Shown: positions 1 to 12,704 of the stretch, piece by piece
Layout: each line of letters begins with the position of its first letter
Numbering within the stretch: position 1 is the stretch's first letter
Origin: Camelus ferus
Lineage: Eukaryota
Length of the DNA stretch: 64,000 nt
Assembly (NCBI RefSeq): GCF_009834535.1
Contig: NC_045696.1
Location: 63,428,001-63,492,000 of the forward strand
Direction: 5' to 3'
Notes under the pieces: generated by a model
Database searches by the model: none
What the model saw: only the letters and a program-made list of their open reading frames with translations
Told to the model about the DNA's origin: nothing
Translations under genes and position numbers: made by a program

Positions 1-942
1 GATTTCTGCCTCAGAGGGAGGGGGTGGGGGCAAGCAGAGTGTGGAAATGCACATCTGTTGACTTGGTGATACATACAAACCCTGGGAAGTAAAGCCCACA
101 GTAGCCTCTTGGATTCAAGGTGCAGAGAAGGTAGGTGAGGAAGCCTGGCACAGCGCTGCGTTAGAGAAGTTTGGGAAACAGTGCCTTTGATTCTTCTTGA
201 AAAACAGCAATGCAAGGAGTAACATTTGGTAGCTGTTTATTAACGTAGAAGAAACCTGGAAATATGAAATGACAGAAGGCCGAAGGGATTTCTTTGAGGA
301 GAACCCACAGCAGAATGGAAGGCCCTGGGGCACCGGCCTTCCACTGCTCTTGTAGAGGAGAAGCTGGCTGCTCTATGGATGGGGCCGTATCCAGAAGTTG
401 GGGGCAGGAATGTCTGGAGTTTGTGTACCAGGCAGTTTTTCCCCAGCTATCTCTGCAGGATGTAAGAGATACCGCCTTCAGAAACCCTAGGGATAAGAAT
501 CCACGTTGCATGACCCGGGGGGCACTCCTCACCTTCTAGTCTATCAGGGGATGGTCCTCCACGGTGTCTTTCCCACGCTCTGCAGTGGGGCAACACCCCA
601 CTGGCTGTCTGGGGCAGCTGAGCACCTCTCTCCTCCGAGGTGGAGACATTCTAGCAAGCAACAGCTTTCCCACTGGTGGTCAGTGTGGTCCCCCGTGGGA
701 CATGGCCATAGCCGACAAGGGACGTCCTATGTCCTTTTCTCTTTTCTGCTTCCCCCTGGGCACACCACTGAGTTCCCACTAGGGGATGAAACCAACTTAG
801 AGCAAAGTCATCCCGACTCTAGAAAGCAAAACTTGGTCTTTCTGAAAAGGTACTGAATTAACTCGAACGCTCACTTAATCCTTAAATCTGGATATCTTTT
901 CCGAGGGTGATTCACTATGACTCTCAGTCAGTGTTGAAGACT

Positions 943-1150
943 GCAGCGATCGAGAGCGCAGAACCTACAGCCAGACTGTGGGAGTTCAAATCCCACCACT
1001 GCCAGTACTGGCTGTGTGAACTTGAGCAAGTCTGTGCCTCAATTTCCTCATCTGCAAAATGGGGATAATATTATGGGTTGTAGGGGTAGTTATAGGAGTC
1101 AATACAAGAAAAATCCCTCTGTCATGTAGTAAATATTACTATTATTATTA
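943..1150 (+). mobile_element. MIR SINE
   Basis: MIR core: ggctgtgtgaacttgagcaagt...gcctcaatttcctcatctgcaaaatggggataata; AT-rich tail. Ends approximate. Confidence 0.85.
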
Positions 1151-2324
1151 AATGATAACTATGATTAAATAACTATATACAATTATTATTAAATAAAAAG
1201 TTGACCTTACTGGTTTCTCGATGGCACCAGTACCTTATGTGGAGTAATTTTTTGGTCTATGACTAAAACATCGAGTGTCACTACCTAAAAGCAGCTTCTT
1301 AAATTGGCTCAAAAGTCAGTATTCCTGTGTCCAGAGGAGCAGATTTTTTTTTTCTCACTTTGGAAGAAAAATGAAAAGGAAAGAAGCGATTTCTTCTGTG
1401 GAGCTGGATGCTTTCCAGAACCGTATGGCCATACTTTAAATTGATGAATGGCTGAATTGCTGGTGGAGACCCTGACAGGCAGGGACTGCTGGGATGTTAA
1501 AATAAAATGATAGAAAATGAAGACAATTCAGCTTGAGTTTCCACAGGGGCATTTGATCCGACCAGACTTCTTGCCAGAGCAAATGAGACCAGAGTGAGCT
1601 AACACCTGTAACAACATGCTTGTTGCCACTGCCTGAAGGGCAGCCACCGTGAGAGGGAAAAGGAAATAAATAGTTGGGGGAGGGCAGACAAAGGAGAGGT
1701 GCAGGCCTGGGGACCCGAGCGCTTCATGCCGCTTTTGAAATGACAGTGGATTTCTAAAAACTGAGCACAACTTAAAAGAGGAGAAGAAGAGGCTCCCAGC
1801 CTGTGAAGCTGATGCCCAGCCCCGGGTCCACCAGGTCTGAACTCCTCTGTGTCGGAGCTGTGTGCGGCCTATCAGAGGGGTAAAAGGAGGGGGAGGGGAC
1901 ACAAAGATAAGGAACACACAGCCCACGGTACCTGGGGCTCATGGCCCAGGACAAGGAAAACATGTGTGTAGGGTGCACTCTCACGGCCGTCTGCCAGGGT
2001 TGTGGGGTGGTCCTCCCAAACGCCTTAGGGGTAGGCAGACGATACCATCTCTACTTCAGCGATGAAGAAATCAGCTCTAAGGTAGAATGACTTGCCCAAG
2101 GGCATGAAGCTAATGAGGCAAAAAGTAAGTCAGCTAATGCTTATTGAGCCCTCACTACCTGCCGGGCACAGGGCCAGAGAGACACATCAGCGATGAACAA
2201 GGAGCTTGCATTCTGGTTGAGGGGAGACTTACACAAACAGACACAAGTAAATAAAAAAGAACTTCATGGGGTGGGATGAGGGATACAGCTTTACCTTGTG
2301 TATGGGCCAGGTAGCTGACCTGAG

Positions 2325-2811
2325 AGACAGAATCGAGATATCCGTACCATATGTTTCTTATTGGGAATTGGCTCACTAGATTATGGAGACCAGAGAGTCC
2401 CAAGATTTGTAGTCGGCAAGATGAAGACCCATGGAGCAGATGGTGTAGCTCCAGTCTGAGTCTGAAAGCCTGAGGACCAGGGGAGCCAGTGGTGTGAGTT
2501 CCTACCTGAAAGTTGGTAGGCTCCAAGTCCAAGAAGAACCAATGCTTCCATTCAAATCCAAAGGCCAGAAGAGACTGATATCCCAGCTGAAGCAGTCAGG
2601 GAGGAGGAAATTCCCTCTTATCTAAGGGAGGTCAGCCTTTTTGGTCTATTTAGGCCTTCCACGAGTGCATGAGGGCCACCCACGGCAGGGCAGGTACTCT
2701 GCTTTTCTCAGTCCACTGATTCAGATATGAATCTCATCCACACACTCACAGACACACCCAGAATAATGTTCCACCAAATATCTGGGCACCCTGTGGGCTA
2801 GTCTAGTTGAC
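2325..2811 (-). mobile_element. MLT2-type (ERVL) solo LTR
   Basis: MLT2 hallmark segments: gaattggctcac..attatggag, agtctgagtctgaaagcctgag, cacagacacacccagaataatgtt..ccaaatatctgggcaccctgtgg..tagttgaca. Confidence 0.85.
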
Positions 2812-3079
2812 AAGGAAGAGCTTGGGGAAGAGCTTTTGAGATCGAGGGGTAACAAGTTCTAAAGTAAGAACACTCCCTAGAATTCCAGGAAGAACAGAAG
2901 GACCAGTGTGGCTGGAAGGTGAACAAGCAGATGATTAGTAGAAGAGGAAGCTGGAGACTAGGACAGGGCCACGTTGTGTGAAGTTTGTAGACCATGATTA
3001 GAAGTTTGGATTTTATTCTAAATAATGTGGGAAGGCACTGGAGTGATATTAAAAAGATCAAGGTGATGAAATGAAAATG

Positions 3080-3180
<101 letters not shown>

Positions 3181-3468
3181 GGGGCAGGCAGACCAGTTGC
3201 AAGGTCAAGATGATGGCATGTTGAACTGGGTGGTGGCTGCAAAGGTGATGGTCAGAGGTTGGAGGTATTTTGAAAGTAGAGCCTGAAGGACTTGTTAGTG
3301 GATTGATTGTGAGATGTGAAGATAATAGATGAATCAAATATTACTTCTAGATTTTTGACCTTAGCAACTGGATGGATGGTGGTAACATTTATCAAGATGG
3401 GAGAATGTTAGCTGGGGCTTGGGGTGAGGAGTAGAGTTTAGAAGGCAAGCAGAAGTTTGAGTTTGTTA

Positions 3469-3600
3469 GGGGGGAGGGTGTAGCTCAGTGGTAGAGTGCA
3501 TGCTTAGCATTCATGAGGTCCTGGGTTCAATTCCCAGTACCTCCATTCAAATAAATAAATAAACCTAATGACCTACCCCCCCACCTCGAATTTTTTTTCA
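3469..3600 (+). mobile_element. tRNA-Ala-derived SINE (camelid vic-1-like)
   Basis: Pol III A box (tagctcagtggtagag) and B box (gggttcaattccc); AAAT tail; perfect 16-bp TSD aagtttgagtttgtta at 3453-3468 and 3601-3616. Confidence 0.92.
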
Positions 3601-3683
3601 AAGTTTGAGTTTGTTACCTCTGACTAGAACTCAGGCCTTCTAATCAGGACAGGTGTTCTTCCTAAAATGCTACAGTGTACATC

Positions 3684-4083
3684 TGTTGACTGCCAAAAAA
3701 AGGAACAATGTGAGAGTGGTGGGTTAAGTTTTATTTGGGGCAAAATGAGGACTATAGCCTGGGAGACAGCCTCTCCATTAGCTCTCAGGAACTGCTCTTA
3801 GTGAAGGTGGGTACATGCAATCAAGCACACGTTTTGGCAGAGGGTTGCTGCTAGTCATGAGGAGCAGATGTCTCTGTTAATGATTTTTAGTGCTTTTGTA
3901 GTTATGAGAAGATGCAAGAAATTGGGCTCATAAAATCTCCTGAAAATATCCAACTATCTGAAGACCTGTTCTGCCAGTTTTCCCCAGACCACAGAGTGCC
4001 TCATTCCTGATCTCCATCCTAAACTCCTTTCAGGGTGTGTTGAAGGTCAGCACCGGATGGTGAATGACAATTTTTAGTTGGCA
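3684..4083 (-). mobile_element. ERV1-class solo LTR (cetartiodactyl MER41-like; family tentative)
   Basis: TG...CA termini (tgttgac / gttggca); 4-bp near-TSD catc/cata; minus-strand AATAAA (tttatt 3730-3735) near its 3' end. Confidence 0.7.
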
Positions 4084-4094
4084 CATATATTCAA

Positions 4095-4660
4095 AATATA
4101 TGTGTTGAGCACTTGTGTGCAAAGCTCTGTTCTTGATGCTGAGGAAACAGCACTAAGCAATCCAGACACAGCAGAACTAGCTACTCTTTCTTGAGGCTCT
4201 GTTGTGTGCTGGGCATTGTGCAGAATACAAAATGAACTGGATGCATCTCCATCTCACCAAATGCTTTCAACTTAATTGGGTAGTTCAGGCAGGTAGACAA
4301 ATAATTAACAGTTGAAAGCCATAAATACATTTATCGAGTACCTGCTATGTATTCCAGGCACTATGCCAGCCACGCCACGTGCTGGGAGTACAAGGATGAA
4401 TTAAGATGCTCGCCTGATCCCCAAAAGCTTACCTTCAAGAGAAAAGACAGACACCTTCCAATGGGGGAACGACTAAATGATTTTAACCCAATGTGGTCAA
4501 TGCAGGACAGTGAGAATGAACAGGTATGCTTAGCAGAGGCCATTGTCCTGCAGGAGGGTGACCACCAAGAAGAGATGATAACTCAGATGAGCCCTGAAGG
4601 ATGAGTCAGACCAAGAGAAGATGAAGGCATTCCCCGCTAAGGGACAGCACAAGAACAGAA
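4095..4660 (-). mobile_element. L2 3'-end fragments (several)
   Basis: Repeated L2 terminal motifs: tgttgagcacttgtgtgc; catttatcgagtacctgctatgtattccaggcactatgc; gagccctgaaggatgag. Confidence 0.65.
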
Positions 4661-5074
4661 CGATGAGCTGCTGGAGAGTTTTCTGCAGAGAAGTGAATGG
4701 CTGGACTTGCATTTTGTAGATCAGTGGTGGTTGAAATGGGGGCAGGGGATGGTGGAGAGGGAGCTGGGAGGAGCGGCTAAGGATATCATCTAAGAGAAAA
4801 GATGGGAACTGAAATGAGGGACAGGAAGGGTTCGGCGTGGCGAGGGTTCTGTGATTCTGCAGACCTGGGTCATGAGGTCTGCTTTCACCAGGGAGGGGGT
4901 GTTGAGAAGTGCTGAAAGGGGAACTTGGAGGGAATCAGACCTAATGTAGATCAAGAGGCTAGCAGACAAGGTTCAAGGAGGGGCAATAACAACCTACAGG
5001 GACTTCCATTCCCTGGTTAGCATAAATGACATCACATTATCCTCGGGGCACTGTTGTGGGTTAGCACACAGTTT

Positions 5075-5145
5075 CAAAAGCAAGGAAATGAAGAGGCAGA
5101 GAGGTTGAGTGATGGGCCTGAGGTCAGACACTGCACAGTGGTGTG
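5075..5145 (-). mobile_element. MIR fragment
   Basis: gaggcagagaggttgagtgatgggcctgaggtcagacac resembles the antisense MIR core. Confidence 0.6.
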
Positions 5146-6202
5146 GGTTTTCCTCTTGTCCTGTGTCTCCCCTGCTGTAATGAGTGAGAATTGAGACAAT
5201 GTCATCCCGAGAGAGACCCTTGGCTTTATACCTAAAGACTCCAAGGGGCAAGAACAACTGTGAGGCTGAGTTCCTCTTCCAGCCCAGCAGCCCTGCCTCC
5301 CCCACTCCCCTGAGATGGGTCTCCGCCTTCCCTGACCCCAGCAGGCCTGACAGCTGTCAAGCTCATCACCTCTGAGATCAGAAAGACTGAGAAGTAGACA
5401 TTAGTGGCCGTGAGCTGAGGAAACTCACAGAAGAGCAATTAAAGCGGCGCATGGGGGGAAGCCTGCCTGTAATGGTTTGCAGCTGCAGCAAGCACTCGCC
5501 TCCCCCTTTGGGCTCTGCCCTGCTGCTGGGGCTGCCCGTCTGTATTTCACATCCTGACCAATTAGATCCCCATGTGTGCTGCAGGCGTGAAAAAATAGAA
5601 AGTGAATAATCCTTCATTCTCTGCATAGTGAGCAGCTTTGATCCTCTGGCGCGGGGGCCCTGTTCCATCAGAAAGTGCATCCCTTCTCAGTTTCCTTTTT
5701 TTTTTCTTTTTAACCCAGTTTCCTTGTCTCAAAATGACATTAACCTCCACCCAGAGACCTGTGAAATGACCACAATTCATCTTCAGACCCTTCTGATCAA
5801 AGCTGGGTTGGGTTTTTTGTCTCTCTTTTAAATTCTTGCTACGAGTCCTTCTTTTCTCACATTGGTTGGCTGCCAATGTTTCCAGGCTGAAATCAAAAGG
5901 AATAGTCTATTAATATCAGGCTTCTGCAACAAGGCCACCATTGTCTGCTTCATTTCAGAGTACCTATGGGCCTCTGGTGAGAGGGAGAGATGGTGAGCGT
6001 GTGTGTGCATGTGTGTATGTGTTCAGATAAGCAGTTTCAAAATAACCAGGAAAAGAGGGAGTCAGTAATCCTGGTTTCTTTCAAATGATAAATCTCAGTG
6101 ACTCTAGTTATAGATTCAAATACTGATCACCTGTTTGATTTTGAAAGCATTATGTTCTTGGAAGCATGTTTGATAAGAAGACCTATTTTAATGCTATAAA
6201 TA

Positions 6203-6570
6203 AGGTGGTGGTGAAGCTGGTGGTACAGGCGGTGAAGGAGGGGGTGGGGATGGTATTGGCGTTGGTGTGGAGGAGATGCAGGTAGAGCAGGCAGAGGGGT
6301 GTAGGAGGTGGGTGGTGGTAGTGGTGATGGTGCAGAAGAAATGGAGGAAGCAGTGGCTGTAGAGGTAGTGAAGGAGGAAGCAGAGGATGAGATGGAAGAG
6401 GGGGTTTGGTAGTAGAGGTGGAAGAGGTAATGGAGGGAGTGGAGGAAGAGGTGAAGGATGTGGGCATGGTGGTGGTGGAGGCAGTGGTGGTGAAGGAAGT
6501 GGAAGAGGAAGTAAAGGAGGGTGTGTGGGAGGTGACAGTGGTAGAGGGAGAGACGAAGGGTGAGCAGAGG
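6203..6570. repeat. G/A-rich low-complexity tract (degenerate GGT/GGA triplets)
   Basis: Almost C-free, purine-rich + strand; generates spurious His/Pro/Ser/Thr-rich minus-strand ORFs in all three frames. Confidence 0.9.
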
Positions 6571-6944
6571 TACTGAAAACAAGAACCAGCTGCTGTCCAT
6601 GCTTCCTTCCCCCGTCCCAGCAGGTCCCACAGGCTGGGAAGACCCAAATCCTCTGTTTCACCCAGGGGTGTGCACGTCGTTTCCTCCCAGGTCATTGGGC
6701 AGATTTTGTCTGGTGGTCACTCCCAGCTGAGGCCTGTTTGGATAGCAGCTTTCCCTGGATCAGCATCTCGCAGATGTAGGTCCACGTCATCCAAGTTCAT
6801 GACATACATCCCTTACAGTGTAACCCTTCTGGGAGTGGCGGGTAGAGTCGGGGGAAGGGGTACGTAGAGATCACCTGCATCACCCAGATCAAACATATTT
6901 AGCACTCTTGAGTGAATTGCATGACTCAGTAAGAAAAAAGAACT

Positions 6945-7082
6945 GGGGGTCCTGGGACCTGGGTCCTTGCCCTGCCTCTGACAGCTGTGTGGCCTCAGAT
7001 GGGCCACTTTCCTCTCGGTTCCCCAGTCTCCCATTGTGTGACATGAGATCCTTGAATTTGAAGAGTTCTGCCAGCTCTGACA
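6945..7082 (+). mobile_element. MIR (MIR3/MIRc-like)
   Basis: gacctgggtcct..cctgcctctgacagctgtgtggcctcag..ccactttcctctc..ccccagtctccc..ttctgccagctctgac. Confidence 0.7.
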
Positions 7083-7634
7083 CATTGCTTCTATTTTGGA
7101 GAAACTAAGGCGAACATTAGAGCTTTGCTTGAGTTCCATCCTGGCTTTTTGAAGATGGAGTTTTACTTTCTGTTTCTTCTGGTTGGGTCCTTTTCTGAAA
7201 ATAGAGAAGAGTGGCCCTGAATTTAGCTTTGTCAGCCTTGGGTAAGTGGGTGGACCGCATCACCCAGTGCCCACTACCCTCAAGCCACTGCCAGAACCAA
7301 ATTCAGATCAAAGTCAGACTGGTTCTTCCCACACCTACCTTAGAGGAAAGGTCACAAGTTCTGGTGAGAGGGCTCCAAAGTGGCTTGCTCTCACCTGTGA
7401 ATGCACATTGCTAGAGATGAGAAATGCAAATCAGAGCCCTCGAATAAAGCCAAATTCACCCAGACTAGAGAGTAAGCCATTGACATTGACCTAGACAAGC
7501 TGGCAGAACCAGAGCAAGGGAGGGCCTGAGGCAGGAAGGGCAATTCAGAGTGGGATTCTCTGCTGGTGATCAAGAGTCAAGACAGTTGCTGGTGGTGAAC
7601 TTTTCCACCAAAGGACAAAACTGTCCTTTTCAGG

Positions 7635-7820
7635 ATGTGGTGGTGTGGCAGGAGCACTGGATTTTTATTCAAAGACTGGGCATTGCAACTTCGGAGACTT
7701 GGAGCCCGTCTCTTCTGCTCTCTAGACCGCAGTTTCCCCCTTTCCATTGTAACGGGACAGTGGTAATGCCGGGGCCCATGTAGCCCCGAGGGTAAGAGCA
7801 CTTTGCAAACTGCTCAATAT
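7635..7820 (+). mobile_element. MIR SINE (degenerate)
   Basis: gtggtgtggcaggagcactggattt..agaccgcagtttcccc..gtaacgggacagtggtaat..agcactttgcaaactg. Confidence 0.6.
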
Positions 7821-8099
7821 TCAATACGTGTTAAAGGATTTTTATTCCTATTCAGTCTCTTGACTTTGGACTTGACTTGATGGGGCAGATGGGAGGAAAG
7901 GTGAGCTGGGTGGGAGCTCTTCTAACACCCCTGAGCAGCCCGCGGCCATCGCTGATTTGATGACAGGTTTCTGACTGAGAGGGCACCTGTAATTGAAATG
8001 TTCTCAGAGGGGCACTGGCTCTGACCATATCTGAATGCCTCCAAGGGTGACATTAGCTGACTGAAGAGCCAGGCCTTGAAAGGAAGGGGCACCATCTCC

Positions 8100-8478
8100 T
8101 GAGTATTGACTGAATATCAGGCTGGGTGCCTTTCACAGATGATTGTGCTCAATTCTTTTTTTTTTAATTTTTAAAGAACATTTATTTTATTTTTTTGTAC
8201 AATATATTTTATTTTATTTATTTGGGGGTGGTAATTAGATTTATTTATTTATTTTAATGGAGATAATGGGGATTAAACCCAGGACCTCGTGCATGCTAAG
8301 TGAGCACTCTGCCACGGACCTATACCCTCCCCTCTTGAGGTTAATTCTTATAAGGTAGAAATTATTGTCTTTATAGATGAGGAAACTGAGGCTTGGAGAT
8401 TAATATATCCAAAGTCGTAGAACTAAATCTTAATTCAAGCTCAGATCTGTCTGCCCAGGTCTCCATCATACCACGTTG
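8100..8478 (-). mobile_element. MIR SINE split by a vic-1-like SINE
   Basis: ttatagatgaggaaactgaggcttggagat core at ~8371-8400; the MIR-like flank continues on the other side of the SINE. Confidence 0.75.
8158..8334 (-). mobile_element. tRNA-Ala-derived SINE (vic-1-like)
   Basis: Antisense ggggattaaacccaggacctcgtgcatgctaag..ctataccctcccc with T-rich tail; degenerate TSD ttgtgctcaattctt (8143-8157) / ttgaggttaattctt (8335-8349). Confidence 0.9.
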
Positions 8479-9114
8479 GCATCTTTCCAGAACAAGCTGA
8501 AATCTTCCTCTGGTTGGTTTGTAAACAAGGTGCTCACGGCCTGCCTGGCGCTGGGTCCCCAGAGTTGATCCTCTTTTCTGAAGGCCAGCTCCTGTGATCA
8601 GGATCAGCCACCAGGGAGGGTAAGAAAAACAGTGTGAGGGAAACCTTGAGTACTGTTTCCCAGCATTAATTCTTATACCCTCCAAAAGGAGAATCTAAAA
8701 ATGTCCCCAAAAATAGCAAAGGGGAAAAAGAGCCTTCCTGAACAAATTCAGAGGGGAAGGAACTTTATTGTTCTTGGTTTTATTTCCTCGCGAGCAGGGA
8801 CAGGATGGCTTAAAAGCTTTGTAAATGGCACCCAAATGGTGGCGTCTGGGTGGTTGGTGCCGGTTCAGGCACTCAGGATATGGCAACCATGGGATGCTGA
8901 GTGAAGGGGCACAGACCTCCCTTCCATCTCCTGGGTCCTGAGATAACTCACATTCAGAGCGACAATGGTACTGTGTGGAGTACTCGGTGGAGATGTGGTA
9001 CAGGACAGGTGATGCTCGGGAGCTTCTGGTTAGATGGGGATGGAAGGAGAGATGAAGGAAATGGAGGCACACACTGCAGCATTGGTTGTTCCCTATTGTG
9101 GAAATGCTCCTCTG

Positions 9115-9380
9115 CCCTCTCTTTTCCATCTGGATCCTTCTCATCTTTCGGATCTTAGTTTAAACATCCCCTCCTCAGAGATACCTTCTCAGATGGTCAG
9201 GTCTGAAGGCTGTCTCTCATAGTGCACTGTCCTTCCCCATCAGAGGTGCACTAGTCACGATTTGTAGTGGTTTACCTGCCTCCACACCAGACGCTTAGAC
9301 CCATGAAGACGGGCACCACCAAGATGGCCTGTTTCTTCACCATGTTTTCCTGAGTGCCCAGCACATGGCAGAATGAATGG
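9115..9380 (+). mobile_element. L2 3' end
   Basis: atccttctcatctttcggatcttagtttaaacatcccctcctcagagataccttc..gtgcccagcacatggcagaatgaatg. Confidence 0.75.
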
Positions 9381-9599
9381 AGAAGTGGAGTGGTTAGAAT
9401 AAAGGGGTGTTTATGCTTGAAGGGGTGAGCTCCATGGGAAATCTAAGTATATGGAAGGAAGGGAAGATCCAACTTTAAGCAGTTTTAGGAATAAGGACAT
9501 TTATTACAGCATCTAACAAGAAATCTCAGGGCAGGAGCTTCCAGAATTGGCCTCACAGCTGGAGGCTGCCCTTGTAGACAGTAGGATTAAGAAAGGACA

Positions 9600-9746
9600 T
9601 ATCCACAGGGAACTGTATTCAATATCTTGTAATAACCTATAATGAAAAAGAATATGAAAAAGAATATATATGTATAATAGAATCACTATGCTGTACACCA
9701 GAAGCTAACACAACATTGTAAATCAACTATGCTTCAATTTAAAAAA
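9600..9746 (+). mobile_element. 5'-truncated L1, 3' UTR only (cetartiodactyl type)
   Basis: acagggaactgtattcaatatcttgtaataacctataatg..aatcactatgctgtacaccagaa..tgtaaatcaactat + A tail; TSD aagaaaggaca (9589-9599) / aagaaagaaca (9747-9757). Confidence 0.88.
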
Positions 9747-10084
9747 AAGAAAGAACAAACCTTTTCACTAATTAAAGGTTGGAATTGCAATTGTTCCCTG
9801 ATTCATTGATGTAATGGTAAAACTTCATAGTTCAGAAATGCTAGGCCACTCAGTAGACATCTGCTATGAGATCTGCCCCACCTCCCTGCAGCTGAGAGAT
9901 TAGACCTGGGGGCCCTTTTTTTGGAAGATTAAGTTAAAGAGATTCCTGTGCAGAAACCACTAGGGAGGGTCACCTATAAATGGTTGGGTAGTGAGACTTG
10001 AGGCCTTGGCCTAAATTTTCTAGTTAGATTTCAGAAATTCCTCAATTATTCTATATAAACCTTGGTTTGCACATCTGGTTGCTA

Positions 10085-10975
10085 ACTTGGCATCTCCACG
10101 AGGCTGTTTAATAGACCTCGTGAACTTGCATCCAAAACCAATTCTTGGTTATCCACACCCCTGCAAAATTGCTTCTTACCCAATCTTCTCCATATTAGGA
10201 AATAAACCGTCATTCACCTATAATCAAGCCAAAATCCTGGGGTCATATTTGTTTCATCTCTTTCCTTCACACATCTAATCCATCAGTAATTCATGTCAGC
10301 TCTGTCTCCAATATATATCCCAAGTCCAGGTGCTTCTCACAGTTTCTGCTGCTACTGGCCTAGTCCTTGAACGTGCCTCTCTTGGGCTGGACCACTGCAG
10401 TAGCCTATGGGTTTGTCTCCTTGCTGCTGTTCTATGTGGCAGCCGAGTCTTTTTGGTCATTTGAAATGTGAAAGGATCGTATCACTCCCTAACTTAAAGC
10501 TTCCAATGGCTTTTTGATGCCAAAATTCAATCATCCTCCATGGCCTACAGGACTCTATGTGATCTGCCCTTCGCCCGCCTCACTGACTTCTCAAAGGCTT
10601 TGTTCACTACTCTCAGCAACTGGCCAGGTCCTCAGGACCATCACAATTGTTCCTTCTGAAATACTTTCCCCAAGAATTCTGCAGGCTGGCTTTTTCTTAG
10701 TATTCAGCCTTAACTTAAATATGTCCTTCCCACAGAAGTCTTCTCTAACTCCTGATCAGGAATAGCCCACACCTCCAGTCTCTAACTTTTCACTGTGTCT
10801 TATTTTCTTCATAGCACTGGTCACTATTTGAAGTTATTTTATTTATTGGTTTACCTTTATTATCCGTCTTCACAACAGAATATATGTGCCACAAAAGCTC
10901 AGTTTGCTTATTGCTGTACACCCTGTACTGGGATAGTGTCCATGTTATAGGTACTCAGTAAATAGCTGTTGAACA
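10085..10975 (+). mobile_element. L2 LINE 3' ~0.9 kb
   Basis: L2 motifs: caagccaaaatcctggggtcat, catctaatccatcag, cttaaagcttccaatggct, ttttcttcatagcact, taggtactcagtaaatagctgttgaa. Confidence 0.85.
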
Positions 10976-11399
10976 AGGACAAGTTTTAAAGTCTCTGAAT
11001 CTCATATTAAAAACCAACATTTTTTGTGAGAAGAAAAGCTAATCTTTTTTTAGGTCTTGGGAAGACGGAGACACTCTCGGGGACAGAGGGTACCAAAAAT
11101 ATAGATAGGACAGGCCTAAGACAATATGGTAATGGAGGAGCTTAAGAGCATGAAGTGTGGGCAAGGATGGGTGCATGGACAGGTGGTCCAGGGTTTGGTC
11201 TTGGTCCATCCATGATAAATTTAGAGACTGAAGATGCTAGAGTCAAGGAGAAGAAAGTCATTCAAAGGTCTGCTTGGGGTCTTGGATTTTTTTCAACCAG
11301 GTTAGAAATCTCAGGCAAGTTGTTCAGCCCCTCTGGCCTTAGTCTCTCAGAGCATTGGGCTGGGTGGTCACTAAGGCCTTGGCCAACCGTCACTGCTCC

Positions 11400-11620
11400 A
11401 TTGTTCATTCAGAAAGTAAGAACTGAACACCTACTGTGGCCCCAAAACTGTGCTGGATGCTGGGAATATAGCAAAGGACAAGGCCCAGTCCCTTCCTTCA
11501 TGGAACTTCTAACATAGAAGACAGAGATTAGACAATAGTTACACAAATCAACATGTCATACAGATGGTTTTGGGAAGGGGAAGTGGAAGATGCAGTGAGA
11601 GTTTATAAACGAGTGCTTGT
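11400..11620 (-). mobile_element. L2 3' end
   Basis: ttcattcag..actgaacacctactgtg..ctgtgctggatgctgggaatatag..ccttcatggaacttcta. Confidence 0.75.
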
Positions 11621-12271
11621 GCGGACTGTAAGGTCGGATAGACCTACTCCCAGAAAAGTTATATTTTCTCAATTGTAAAAATGTTCAAGCTTTGGGAGAG
11701 GGGACAGGGCAGCTCTGGGGAGAGTTTCCGGCTGAGTCCCTGACAGTGGGCTGTGCATTTGGGCAGATGTTTTCTCTGTTGCAGTGATGGATCCCGCAGT
11801 GTATGGCATGTGGGGTCCTCTTGGAGCCAGGAGGGTACACTCAGTGGGTCATCCCTTGGTTGAGGGTGAATGGGGAGAAGTTCACTGCAGTGTGAAGAGT
11901 GGTTTTCCTCTCTGCTGCAGATGGAGGTGGACCTTGGCGCTTTCTGCTCTTTATGCCGGCCCCTTGACCCCACCTGGGCCAAATCCCCACAGGCAGCAAA
12001 CAGGAGTTGGTGGTGGAGGGACTGCTCATTCCTCCCTACTCAGTGTGTGGTGTGGTGGTAGGTACGACTCTTAGTACATACATTTGATCTTAAATCCTTC
12101 CTTACGCCCTCATCCTTTCAGGTGGAGGAAATAATCCCAGTCATTACTGGGCTGTCTCCTCCACGCTCCCCAACGGGTCCCAGGGGAGGCTGAGCACCCC
12201 CGAGCCCCAAAGAGCTGAGACTGCACGGACTTCAGGGGCTTCTCTCTGAGGCTGGAGAAAGTTCTCACCTC

Positions 12272-12397
12272 GAGGGGGAGGATATGGCTTGAGTGGTAGA
12301 GTGCATGCTTAGCAAACACAAGGTTCTGGGTTCAATCCCCAGTACCTCCTCTAAAAATAAACAAATAAGTAAACTTAATTACCTCCACCTCCCCTCC

Positions 12398-12469
<72 letters not shown>

Positions 12470-12480
12470 CATAAATAAGT
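12272..12480 (+). mobile_element. tRNA-Ala-derived SINE (vic-1-like) with (GATA)n tail
   Basis: A and B boxes present; perfect 15-bp TSD gaaagttctcacctc at 12257-12271 and 12481-12495. Confidence 0.92.
12398..12469. repeat. (GATA)18 microsatellite
   Basis: Perfect 72-nt array inside the SINE tail. Confidence 0.97.
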
Positions 12481-12704
12481 GAAAGTTCTCACCTCTCTTC
12501 TCTCCTATGCTGCTTTCAAAGGTCCCTCCAGGACACCTGGCATCTCTGTGCTTTGACTTCTACAAAAGACAGAAAGAGATTCAGTTTTTAGCCTTTGTTG
12601 ATTGCTGCCCAACCTTGAAGCAGGACTGTCTGCTTGGAGGGCTTGTGGAAATTCAGGAAAAAGGCATACAAACTAATACTTTAAAAAATTGTCCTGCCAT
12701 AAAA

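Noticed and set aside
6127..6695. Three overlapping 155-170 aa His/Pro/Ser/Thr-rich ORFs
   Set aside because: All frames are open because the low-complexity tract lacks stop codons; no recognisable domain.
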